Below the pieces are notes generated by a model, which saw nothing but the letters and a program-made list of their open reading frames with translations, ran no database searches and was not told where the DNA came from. From the NCBI GenBank assembly GCA_017475765.1, contig JAFVEY010000027.1, positions 9,911 through 73,910 on the forward strand: 64,000 bases of DNA, read 5' to 3'. Source of the DNA: Clostridia bacterium. Lineage in GTDB: Bacteria; Bacillota; Clostridia; Oscillospirales; Acutalibacteraceae. Positions 49,481 through 58,248 of the stretch are shown here, one piece after another. Each line of letters opens with the position of its first letter. Position 1 is the stretch's first letter. Made by a program: the position numbers and the translations under genes.

Positions 49481-51763
49481 ATGACACAGCTTATGATACT
49501 ATTCTGCCTTTCTCCGATATGTCTGTTGATCGGTGTAGCTTGGCTTGTAAAGCTGAAAATCAGTAAGAAATACAGCTCTACAAGCCGTAAGCTGTGTATA
49601 TTCTCTCTGTCGCTGGTTCTGACCATTTTTATCATGCACCTGCTGGTTTCCGTATATCAGGTTCATTTTGTGCTGGGGGCTGACGGTGAACAAAACGGAA
49701 TGGAGCTGATATCGGCAAGTATCATCCACACGCTGCAAAGCTTCAGTATGGATGCTTCCTATGGAGATTATATTGCTGATGCCAAATCAATGCTTGCCGC
49801 TTATTTCGGCAGCGGTTCACCTTGGGTGACGGCTTATACGGTTTTCATAGCTTTGACCAATGTGGCGGCACCTGTGTCCGGAGGAGCAATTTTGTTTGAT
49901 ATCCTGACGACATTTATACCGGAGCTGAGGCTTTTTGTCGTGCTGCCGTTCAGAAAAAAATATTATTTTTCAGAACTGAATGAGCGTTCGCTTGCACTTG
50001 CGGAAAGTATCTATTCCCGCAGCAGAAAAAGTTTTCTGAAGCCTGTACTGATTTTTACGGACGCTTATGTTGACGAAGACGATGAATTAAAATCAGAGCT
50101 GCTGATTGCGGCAAAGGCGATCGGAGCAATATGTGTAAAATCAGATCTCAGGTACACGCTGAAACAGGAAAAGAATACTTATGTTTTTCTGATTGACGAA
50201 AATGAAACAGATAATCTGAAAACTCTTATCACACTTACAGAAAAAAAACATTATCAGACGCTCAAAAATGCCTTTATTTATATTTTTTGCGAAAAGGGAT
50301 ATACAAGCAGCGTTGAAAGAGAAGTACACAGCAAGCTCGAAAGGTTTTTCTCTTCAAAGTGGAAAAATTGTGAAAAGAATATGCCTATCATCATTTCCGT
50401 CAAAAGCTATCAGAATATGATCTGTAATTTGTTTAATGATGTGCCGCTGTTTGAACCGTTTCTGACGAAGAATGCGATACCCTATCATCAGGAAAAAAAG
50501 CTGGTGCTTACGATCATCGGAAGCGGAAAGATTGGAACAGAGGCATTTCTGACGGCAACATGGTGTGCGCAGATGCTCGACACAGAGCTTGTCATCAATG
50601 TTATCTCCAAAGAAACCGAGGAGGAATTCTGCAGTAGGGTAGACTTTGTCAATCCGGATATTCTTGAAAGTACCAAAGAACGATCCGAACTTTTAAGAAT
50701 TTACAAGCACAGGGAGGATGAGCAGGCTTTTGCTGCTCCTTATTTCAGATTCCAGTATTTTCGGTCGGATCTTGTTTCCAAAAATACAGATGAGCTTCTT
50801 GATGAAAAGCTGAAGGTGGGCGGCACTTTATTTGATACGGACTATTTTATTGTGACACTAGGTGCAGATGATATCAATATTTCCTTTGCAGACAAGCTGA
50901 GAACGGCAATTGAAAGGAAAGCTCTGGGACACCTGACAGATAGTGAGAGTACATATAAAAAGAAGATCATCGCCTATGCCGTTTATGACAAGGAAATATC
51001 TGATTCGCTGAATCATGCGGATTCACTCAGAAGCAGCTCCGCCGGCGGCAATGTGCTTGAACGCTGCAAGCCTTGTATGTATGCCTTTGGCAATATCAAG
51101 GAGCTGTACGGGGCAGAAAATGTATTTATGAGTATCTTCGAGGATATGTCCGAGCAACTGGCAGCAGCCTATCAGGAAAGAAAGGAAGCTCTGGTTGATA
51201 CCGACAAGGAAAAATTCAGAGAGAAAACGGATAAAAGGTACAATGACGAATACAATTACAGTTCCAATAATGCAAGAGCGGTTCATCAGCCGTATAAGAT
51301 GTATTCGGCAGGTATTCTGAAGGAATCTGTTTTTGACGATCATTGCTGTTTCAGGCATAAATCGGATTATGAAGCATTGATTTACCGTTTTTATCAGTTC
51401 CTTACAGACAAAGAGGAGTTTTCTCAGGAGAAAAAGGATATCATTAGAAGGCTGACATGGCTCGAACACAGAAGATGGAATGCGTTCATCAGGGTGCAGG
51501 GACTCAGGCACGCAACCGATGATGAGCATGAGACATTCTTTAAGCTCACAGGAAAGCATAAAGACCTGTCTGCAAAACTGCATAACTGTCTTGTTGAAAG
51601 CAGCGATAAGGAATTTGAAGATGTCACCACTCTTTATCATGATGAATCGGAGCTTGACGAAAACAAGCATGATCTTCTCGACTATGAATCATTCAAGGCT
51701 CACAGTTATTACAAATCTTATGATATGCCTGTTGCCGAGATAAAAATTACTATGAAAAAATGA
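49481..51763 (+). CDS. membrane protein with N-terminal TM helices, RCK/TrkA-N-like Rossmann motif and C-terminal RyR-like domain
   Basis: TM helices in the first ~70 aa. IIGSGKIGTEAF is a GxGxxG motif. LTWLEHRRWNAFIRVQG...KLHNCLV resembles the RyR domain pattern LAExHExW...GW...KLHPxLV. It starts 17 nt after the protease gene, so the two are probably co-transcribed. Confidence 0.45.
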   Translation: MTQLMILFCLSPICLLIGVAWLVKLKISKKYSSTSRKLCIFSLSLVLTIFIMHLLVSVYQVHFVLGADGEQNGMELISASIIHTLQSFSMDASYGDYIADAKSMLAAYFGSGSPWVTAYTVFIALTNVAAPVSGGAILFDILTTFIPELRLFVVLPFRKKYYFSELNERSLALAESIYSRSRKSFLKPVLIFTDAYVDEDDELKSELLIAAKAIGAICVKSDLRYTLKQEKNTYVFLIDENETDNLKTLITLTEKKHYQTLKNAFIYIFCEKGYTSSVEREVHSKLERFFSSKWKNCEKNMPIIISVKSYQNMICNLFNDVPLFEPFLTKNAIPYHQEKKLVLTIIGSGKIGTEAFLTATWCAQMLDTELVINVISKETEEEFCSRVDFVNPDILESTKERSELLRIYKHREDEQAFAAPYFRFQYFRSDLVSKNTDELLDEKLKVGGTLFDTDYFIVTLGADDINISFADKLRTAIERKALGHLTDSESTYKKKIIAYAVYDKEISDSLNHADSLRSSSAGGNVLERCKPCMYAFGNIKELYGAENVFMSIFEDMSEQLAAAYQERKEALVDTDKEKFREKTDKRYNDEYNYSSNNARAVHQPYKMYSAGILKESVFDDHCCFRHKSDYEALIYRFYQFLTDKEEFSQEKKDIIRRLTWLEHRRWNAFIRVQGLRHATDDEHETFFKLTGKHKDLSAKLHNCLVESSDKEFEDVTTLYHDESELDENKHDLLDYESFKAHSYYKSYDMPVAEIKITMKK

Positions 51764-51902
51764 TTCGTTTGATATCGGACTGTCAGACAGTAAAATATCT
51801 CAGCTAAGACTTTTGTATGTTTTTAACTCACCCCCCACCTTTTGTGCAATGAAATTTACCAAAACATACTGAAAAATATAGTAAGTGAAAGTAGGTGATA
51901 AT

Positions 51903-53789
51903 ATGTCATTATTTTTTGATCGCAAAATTGGTAAATCTAATCAACCAAAACAGTCAAAATGCTTTATCAGTCATTGTAGTGATGATAATATAATTATGAA
52001 CAGTCTGTCAGAATTTATTGATGTTACATTTGGCTACAATATAACAAGAGTCAATAACAGATTTTTCTGTACATATCATAATAGTGTGGCAGCAGGCATT
52101 GCATTAAATAAGAAGCTTAACCAAGAGCTTAATGAATGTGATTATATGATTGCTGTTATTACTGATAGTTATGTAAGAAGTACTGTATCAATTTATGAAC
52201 TTTGCTCATTTTACTTTGCTGGGAAGCCCGTGATACCGATTATTTATAATGGAGTTGTGGGAGAAAAATTTATAAGGGATATTTTTAATGAAAATATTGT
52301 TTATATTAAAGCTGATAAAAGTACTTCATTATCAGAACTTTCGTTACAATTTTTGAAATCTCTGAGCGAACAGGGATTAAGACCGAATGTATTAGAATCA
52401 CAGGCTGTCGAATATGCAGAAAGATTTTTTGAGGTGTCTGCGCAAAAAAAGCCAAGCAGATCTTTTATAGGTTGCGATGAAGAAAAATATGATAAACTTA
52501 TAAGAAAATGTGCAGAAATGGGTATTTGTGAATTCAGATCTGACAATAATGGAAATATTGAGCAACTTGCCGATAGCAAAGAGCTTTTCATACTTTCTAC
52601 TACCGGTGATTCACTGATAAAAAAACTATCTGAGTTTGTTATTCCTAAAATTATCAGAAACGGCGGAACTGTTATTGTTCTTATACCTAATAAGGAATCA
52701 GCATTTTGCAGAGATATAGCTGAGATAGAAAATCCAGATGATTTTCAGTACAATCAAAAACGTCTTGATAATGAATTTGATAATGTTATCATTAACTTAA
52801 GAAGATGCGTAAAGAAGGCATCTGAAGAGATTTCTGATCAGAAATTGGGAAAGATATATATAGGCTGTGCATTTAATCTTTTAAGACAGACTATTACACT
52901 TGGAATAACTGAGGAATATTTTTTGGGGTGGATGTCTGTTACAATTCCCCCTAAGCGTACTGTAACTGGAACACCTACAATTGATTTTAAGAGTGAAATA
53001 AACTGTGAATCTGGTCTTGGTTATATGCTGTATCATCATATAAATGCAGTATGCTCTATGGCAAAGACGAGAAATTGTTTTTTTGAAATAACATATGAAA
53101 GAAATTTTGACAGAGGATTTTATCTTGAACCTTCGACGGCAAAGGACTACTGGCAGGAAAAATCAGATTTGGCTGTTCAATTTATGAGGGAAGCTAAAAT
53201 TTATGACGATATTCTGATTGAAGTTGCGGCGCAGCATCCTCTGCATAATGGTAACAAACCGGGACCGGAATTTGCTGCACGGCTAGATTTTGCTTTTGAT
53301 TTATATAAAAAGTATAAGCAAATCGGAAAAAATGTAAAAATGTATGTTCCTGGAAGTATTCATAAGTATAAAGGCAAAACGGATAATATATCGCTAAGTA
53401 AATCAGGATGTGATTATCTTTTATCTAAAGGAGCAGAACCGGACGATCTTTATGGTGAAGAAATGAATAATAAATATAAAGGAGAAAGCGGAGTATACAA
53501 TTCTGCAGATGAGTGTTTTGTTGCAAAAAGTATTTTTTTTGATGGAGAGTTCAATTCACTTTTTTGCGTTTGCTCACCTAATCAGATGATGCGTAAAAAG
53601 TTGTTTTATTTAGAAATGGGAATTCTTCCGAAGTTTTATACTGTTCCGTGTGATATAATGTTTCATTCGGATATTTACGAAATATTTGAAGCTTTGCCAA
53701 ATGTTATATATCAAGATCATTCTCAGCAGGAAGAAGGTTCTGAAGAAGCAGTTCGTACAAGAAAAGAAAGAAAACCAGGATATATTTGA
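51903..53789 (+). CDS. TIR-like domain protein with long C-terminal extension (possible DUF218/YdcF-like region); very AT-rich gene
   Basis: N-terminus KCFISHCSDDN...ECDYMIAVITDSYVRSTVSIYELCSF follows the TIR pattern (FISY..D...L...G...ivlS..y..S.WC..EL). GC is about 30% against about 45-50% in the flanks. Confidence 0.5.
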   Translation: MSLFFDRKIGKSNQPKQSKCFISHCSDDNIIMNSLSEFIDVTFGYNITRVNNRFFCTYHNSVAAGIALNKKLNQELNECDYMIAVITDSYVRSTVSIYELCSFYFAGKPVIPIIYNGVVGEKFIRDIFNENIVYIKADKSTSLSELSLQFLKSLSEQGLRPNVLESQAVEYAERFFEVSAQKKPSRSFIGCDEEKYDKLIRKCAEMGICEFRSDNNGNIEQLADSKELFILSTTGDSLIKKLSEFVIPKIIRNGGTVIVLIPNKESAFCRDIAEIENPDDFQYNQKRLDNEFDNVIINLRRCVKKASEEISDQKLGKIYIGCAFNLLRQTITLGITEEYFLGWMSVTIPPKRTVTGTPTIDFKSEINCESGLGYMLYHHINAVCSMAKTRNCFFEITYERNFDRGFYLEPSTAKDYWQEKSDLAVQFMREAKIYDDILIEVAAQHPLHNGNKPGPEFAARLDFAFDLYKKYKQIGKNVKMYVPGSIHKYKGKTDNISLSKSGCDYLLSKGAEPDDLYGEEMNNKYKGESGVYNSADECFVAKSIFFDGEFNSLFCVCSPNQMMRKKLFYLEMGILPKFYTVPCDIMFHSDIYEIFEALPNVIYQDHSQQEEGSEEAVRTRKERKPGYI

Positions 53790-53935
53790 AGAAATCAGAA
53801 TGTGCTGTAATAATATTTTACTTGAATGTAAAGTATTTTGTTACAGCGCATTTTTAGTTAGTGAAATTATTGCTAATATTTTCATCTATTTTTTTGCAGG
53901 CATTGTTATAATTCCGAAAATATTGGTAATTGATT

Positions 53936-53964
53936 GACAAAGCGTAGGGAAAAAATTATAATAT
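53936..53964 (+). promoter_or_regulatory. consensus promoter (TTGACA-17-TATAAT) for the glycopolymer locus
   Basis: -35 at 53936-53941 and -10 at 53959-53964. Confidence 0.5.
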
Positions 53965-53996
53965 AACAGAATTATTATGTATAGGACTGCTTGCTT

Positions 53997-55106
53997 ATGA
54001 CGGTTTCTTTGTGTATCATTGCTTTTAATGAGGAAGAGGTTGTCGGAGGTCTGTTAAGTGAGGTTCTGGCTCAGAGCTATCCCAAAGCGAAAACGGAAAT
54101 AGTTCTTGTGAACAGCGCTTCAACTGACGGCACCCGTAAAATATTTTGTGAATTTGCAAAAAAGAATATTAAGGATTATTGGAATATAGCTGTGCTTGAT
54201 AACCCGAAACGCTTACAGGCTGCCGGCTGGAATACGGCAATCAGCGCAGCAGCAGGAGATATCATTATCCGTGTTGACGCCCATGCTTCAATTCCGCCTG
54301 AGTTTGTGGAGAAAAATGCGGCGCTTGCGGAAAGCGGCGAATATGTGTGCGGAGGGGCAAGACCCAATACGATTGACTCTCCGACTCCATACAAGGAAAT
54401 GCTGCTGCTGGCGGAAAGCTCTATGTTCGGCAGCTCCTTTGCATCATACAGGCGCAGGAGCAGCGGCAAAAAATATGTTGATTCGCTGTTCCATGCGGCA
54501 TACAGAAGAGAGGTTTTTGAAAAGGTCGGAGGTTTTAATGAGTCTCTCGGCAGGACAGAGGATAACGAGCTGCATTACAGAATCAGACAGAACGGTTTTA
54601 AAATATGCCAGAGTGAAGAGATCATTTCGTATCAGCAGATAAGACCTACTCTTTCTGAAATGGCAGCGCAGAAATACGGAAATGGAAAATGGATAGGTCT
54701 GACGTTGGGGGTCTGTCCCGGATGCCTTTCCGTTTTCCATTTTGCTCCGTTTTGCTTGGTACTGGCTTTTATGGCAGGAATCATTCTTGCAGCTGTGGGA
54801 GCTGTGAGCGGAAATATGGTTCTGATGCTGCCGCTTGCAGCACTTGCTGCCCTTTATGTTGTGGGAGATATCGTGATCACTCTTGCGGCGGTGATGACGG
54901 CTGAAAGAAAAAGCGGATGGCTGTATCTGCTGCCGTTGGTGTTTCCGGCGCTGCATTTTTCCTATGGTGCAGGTACACTAACAGGTATCTTTGAACTGCC
55001 GTTCTGGAAGCGCAGGCTTGACGGTTCAGCAGAAAAGGAAATTGAAAAAGTGAAAAACTGTGTGATAAACAATACGAAACGGAGGGGATCTGATGTCAGC
55101 GTATGA
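53997..55106 (+). CDS. family 2 glycosyltransferase with C-terminal TM region
   Basis: SLCIIAFNEE...LVNSASTDGT, a DxD region and four C-terminal TM helices. An alternative TTG start lies at 53991. Confidence 0.75.
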   Translation: MTVSLCIIAFNEEEVVGGLLSEVLAQSYPKAKTEIVLVNSASTDGTRKIFCEFAKKNIKDYWNIAVLDNPKRLQAAGWNTAISAAAGDIIIRVDAHASIPPEFVEKNAALAESGEYVCGGARPNTIDSPTPYKEMLLLAESSMFGSSFASYRRRSSGKKYVDSLFHAAYRREVFEKVGGFNESLGRTEDNELHYRIRQNGFKICQSEEIISYQQIRPTLSEMAAQKYGNGKWIGLTLGVCPGCLSVFHFAPFCLVLAFMAGIILAAVGAVSGNMVLMLPLAALAALYVVGDIVITLAAVMTAERKSGWLYLLPLVFPALHFSYGAGTLTGIFELPFWKRRLDGSAEKEIEKVKNCVINNTKRRGSDVSV

Positions 55107-55980
55107 AGCAAAAAAACAGAGTAAGGCTGCTCGTATTTTCAAAAACATCGGTGAGGGTATAATCAGAATACCGAAAGAGCATATCGGCTTCCGAAAACAG
55201 ATATTCATGCTTGCCAAGCAGGATTTGATCAAAACCTATAAGGGAGCGGTCATAGGACCCTTTTGGGCGCTTATGAAGCCGCTGTTTCAGCTTTTTGTAT
55301 ATTGGTTTGCGTTTACGATCGGCATGAACGGCAACTCTAACAGAGTGGCAACGGAGCTGAAAATACCATTTTTTGTGTTTATCATGGTAGGCTTTTTGCC
55401 GTGGTGCTTTATGAGTGACTGCGTTTCAAGAGGTTCAAAGTGCCTCAGAGACAACAGACAGTTTGTCAATAAAATTTCATTCCCTGTATCAGCTATCATG
55501 ACCTATACAACAATATCCAAATTTTATATACATTTGATGCTGTTCTCTTTTGCTTATGCCTATCTTGTGATAGCAGGCTTTATGCCAAGTATCTATAATT
55601 TTCAGATATTCGGCTATGCGGCTCTGATGTTTATCTTCTATCTTGCGCTGACATGGTCGCTGGCTCCGATGAGCGCCTTCAGCAAGGACTTCGAGAGCTT
55701 TATTGCAACCATTATGTCGGGACTTTTCTGGCTTTCCGGCGTATGCTTCGATTCCTACACCATTAAAAATGATTTTATTAAAAAACTCCTTCTTTTCAAT
55801 CCGATGACCTTTTTCATCAACGGCTACCGCAAGGCGCTGATTTATGATCAGTGGTTCTATGAGGGCTTCTATCATGCAGATTATGAAAATCTGATATTCC
55901 TGTGTGAATTTATATTTGTCCTTGTTTTGGGTATATTTAATTATAACCGTCTGAGAAAGGATTTGCCCGATGTTCTCTGA
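55093..55980 (+). CDS. ABC-2 type polysaccharide/teichoic-acid export permease (TagG/Wzm-like)
   Basis: LAKQDLIKTYKGAVIGPFWALMKPL signature N-terminus and six TM helices. Confidence 0.75.
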   Translation: MSAYEAKKQSKAARIFKNIGEGIIRIPKEHIGFRKQIFMLAKQDLIKTYKGAVIGPFWALMKPLFQLFVYWFAFTIGMNGNSNRVATELKIPFFVFIMVGFLPWCFMSDCVSRGSKCLRDNRQFVNKISFPVSAIMTYTTISKFYIHLMLFSFAYAYLVIAGFMPSIYNFQIFGYAALMFIFYLALTWSLAPMSAFSKDFESFIATIMSGLFWLSGVCFDSYTIKNDFIKKLLLFNPMTFFINGYRKALIYDQWFYEGFYHADYENLIFLCEFIFVLVLGIFNYNRLRKDLPDVL

Positions 55981-55999
55981 TAAAGAGTGGTGAAAATTT

Positions 56000-57202
56000 A
56001 TGGAGGAAACCTTCCTGCAAAAGCTGCAGCGTGTGAAAATAAAGGATGTCGGTCATATATTTCTTTTTCTTGCCGCTCTGCCCATTTCGCTTATATACAG
56101 GCTGTTCAGAAAGGATCTGTGGCTGATATGCGATAACGAAAATGAAGCAAGGGACAACGGATATTGGCTGTTCAGATACATCTGTGAAAATCATCCCGAT
56201 CAGGATGCTGTTTATGCCATCAACAGACATTCTCCCGACTATCATAAGGTAAAGGAACTTGGCAAAACCGTCCATTACGGCAGTCTCAGGCATTGGGTGC
56301 TGTATCTGACGGCAAAAAAGAATATAAGCTCGCAAAAGGGCGGAAAGCCGAATGCGGCTGTATGCTATGTGCTTGAAGTAAAGGGAATACTGAAAAATAC
56401 AAGAATATTTCTTCAGCATGGAATTATCAAGGACGATATGCCGTGGCTGCACTATGAAAATACCAAAATGAAAATGTTTGTTACCTCGACAGCAGGGGAA
56501 CAGAAATTTATTTCCGAAACCTACGGTTATCCGGAGGGCTGTGTCAGGCAGCTCGGACTCTGCCGCTTTGACAGACTGCATGACTTTGAGGTCAGACCGA
56601 AGCAGATTCTTCTTATGCCGACATGGAGAAGCTGGATTGCAGCTCCGACTTCGGCTTCCTTTGCTATCGAGGATGTGCGGAATTTTACGGATACAACCTA
56701 TTTCAGGGCATGGAGCGAATTTTTGCATAGCGAAAGACTGCATCATATATTGAGGGATAACGGTCTTAAGATGGTTTTCTATCCGCACAGGGATATGCAG
56801 TCGTTTTTGCCGTATTTTAAAACGGATGATGAAACGATCATAACGGCAAAATGGCCGGAATATGACGTTCAGGAGCTTTTGAAGGAATCGGCGTATCTGA
56901 TAACGGACTTTTCCAGTATTGCAATGGATTTTGCCTATATGGGGAAAAGACTTTCCTATTATCAGTTTGATTATGATGATTTCAGAAAGGGTCAATATCC
57001 TGAAGGCTATTTCAGCTATGAAAATGATGGCTTCGGACGGGTCTGCTACCGGCTTTCAGATATATTAGACGAGCTGGAAGCGGCTATTTCGGACGATTTT
57101 GAAAATCCCTTGCAATATAAAAAACGGCATGACGATTTCTTTGATCTTTTTGACAGTCATAACTGTGAAAGAAATTATTCGGCAATCAAGGAGCTGAAAT
57201 GA
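56000..57202 (+). CDS. CDP-glycerol glycerophosphotransferase family protein (TagB/TagF-like)
   Basis: Family-typical N-terminal and C-terminal motifs (WLICDNENEARDNGYWLF; ITDFSSIAMDFAYM). Confidence 0.75.
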   Translation: MEETFLQKLQRVKIKDVGHIFLFLAALPISLIYRLFRKDLWLICDNENEARDNGYWLFRYICENHPDQDAVYAINRHSPDYHKVKELGKTVHYGSLRHWVLYLTAKKNISSQKGGKPNAAVCYVLEVKGILKNTRIFLQHGIIKDDMPWLHYENTKMKMFVTSTAGEQKFISETYGYPEGCVRQLGLCRFDRLHDFEVRPKQILLMPTWRSWIAAPTSASFAIEDVRNFTDTTYFRAWSEFLHSERLHHILRDNGLKMVFYPHRDMQSFLPYFKTDDETIITAKWPEYDVQELLKESAYLITDFSSIAMDFAYMGKRLSYYQFDYDDFRKGQYPEGYFSYENDGFGRVCYRLSDILDELEAAISDDFENPLQYKKRHDDFFDLFDSHNCERNYSAIKELK

Positions 57203-58224
57203 TGAGGAAAAGTAAGGATAATCCAACGGCTGAAATAGATTTTGTGATTCCGTGGGTTGACGGAAGTGATAAAGAATGGCTTGTCGAAAAAGCAAAATAT
57301 GATCCCTCAGCAATGCTCAACAGCGACAGTCCTGTTCGTTACCGTGACTGGGATAATCTGCATTATTGGTTCAGAGCCGTCGAGAGGTTTGCACCGTGGG
57401 TCAATAAAGTGCATTTTATCACCTGGGGACACCTTCCGCCATGGCTCAATACAGAAAATCCGAAGCTCCATATCGTCAACCACAGAGATTATATTCCGGA
57501 AAAATATCTTCCGACCTTCAGTTCCCATACCATTGAGCTGAATATGCACAGGATCGAGGGACTTTCCGAGCAGTTTGTGTATTTTAATGATGATATGTTT
57601 ATTACCGCACCGACAGTTCCCGAAGATTTTTTCAAAGGCGGTCTGCCGTGTGATTGTTTCGGTCTGAACTGCATTTATTTCGGACACGACAGCGCAGGCC
57701 ATTTTAACGGCTCCAATATGGAGGTCATCAATACCGAATTCAAGGAAAAAAGAGCGATTATGAAGCGTGATTTCCGAAAATGGTTCAGTCCGAAAAACGG
57801 TTTGAGAAAAAATATCAAAACACTCATGCTTCTTGGCTGGGAATGGTTTCCGGGATTTAATTATAATCATCTTCCGACAAGTTTTCTTAAATCCACATTT
57901 GAAGAAGTATGGGGAAAATATCATGATGTGCTTGACAAGACTTGTTTGGATAAATTCCGGACAGAATCAAACGTCAATCAATGGCTGATGAAATACTGGC
58001 AGCTCTGTAAGGGCAGCTATGCCGTACGTTCCGATTCGATCGGAGAATGCTTTCATATTGAGGAAAAAAACTTCGGAGAGCTTATAAAGGCTCTTTCAGT
58101 TCAGCAATACAAAATGGTATGTATTAACGATACGCCGAGAACGATTCATTTTGAAGAGAAAAAACAAAAGGTGAAGGATTGCTTTGAAGTGATGCTTCCC
58201 GAAAAATCCTCGTTTGAAATATAA
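57199..58224 (+). CDS. Stealth-family hexose-1-phosphoryl transferase (capsule/teichoic phosphotransferase)
   Basis: CR1 IDFVIPWVDGSD; CR2 RYRDWDNLHYWFRAVERFAPWVNKVHFIT. Confidence 0.75.
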   Translation: MMRKSKDNPTAEIDFVIPWVDGSDKEWLVEKAKYDPSAMLNSDSPVRYRDWDNLHYWFRAVERFAPWVNKVHFITWGHLPPWLNTENPKLHIVNHRDYIPEKYLPTFSSHTIELNMHRIEGLSEQFVYFNDDMFITAPTVPEDFFKGGLPCDCFGLNCIYFGHDSAGHFNGSNMEVINTEFKEKRAIMKRDFRKWFSPKNGLRKNIKTLMLLGWEWFPGFNYNHLPTSFLKSTFEEVWGKYHDVLDKTCLDKFRTESNVNQWLMKYWQLCKGSYAVRSDSIGECFHIEEKNFGELIKALSVQQYKMVCINDTPRTIHFEEKKQKVKDCFEVMLPEKSSFEI

Positions 58225-58248
58225 GCAGCAAAAAAGGAGAGTATATTT

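Noticed and set aside
55937-56995. 352-aa minus-strand ORF
   Set aside because: It overlaps the TagF-like and ABC-2 permease genes on the + strand and has no recognisable domain.
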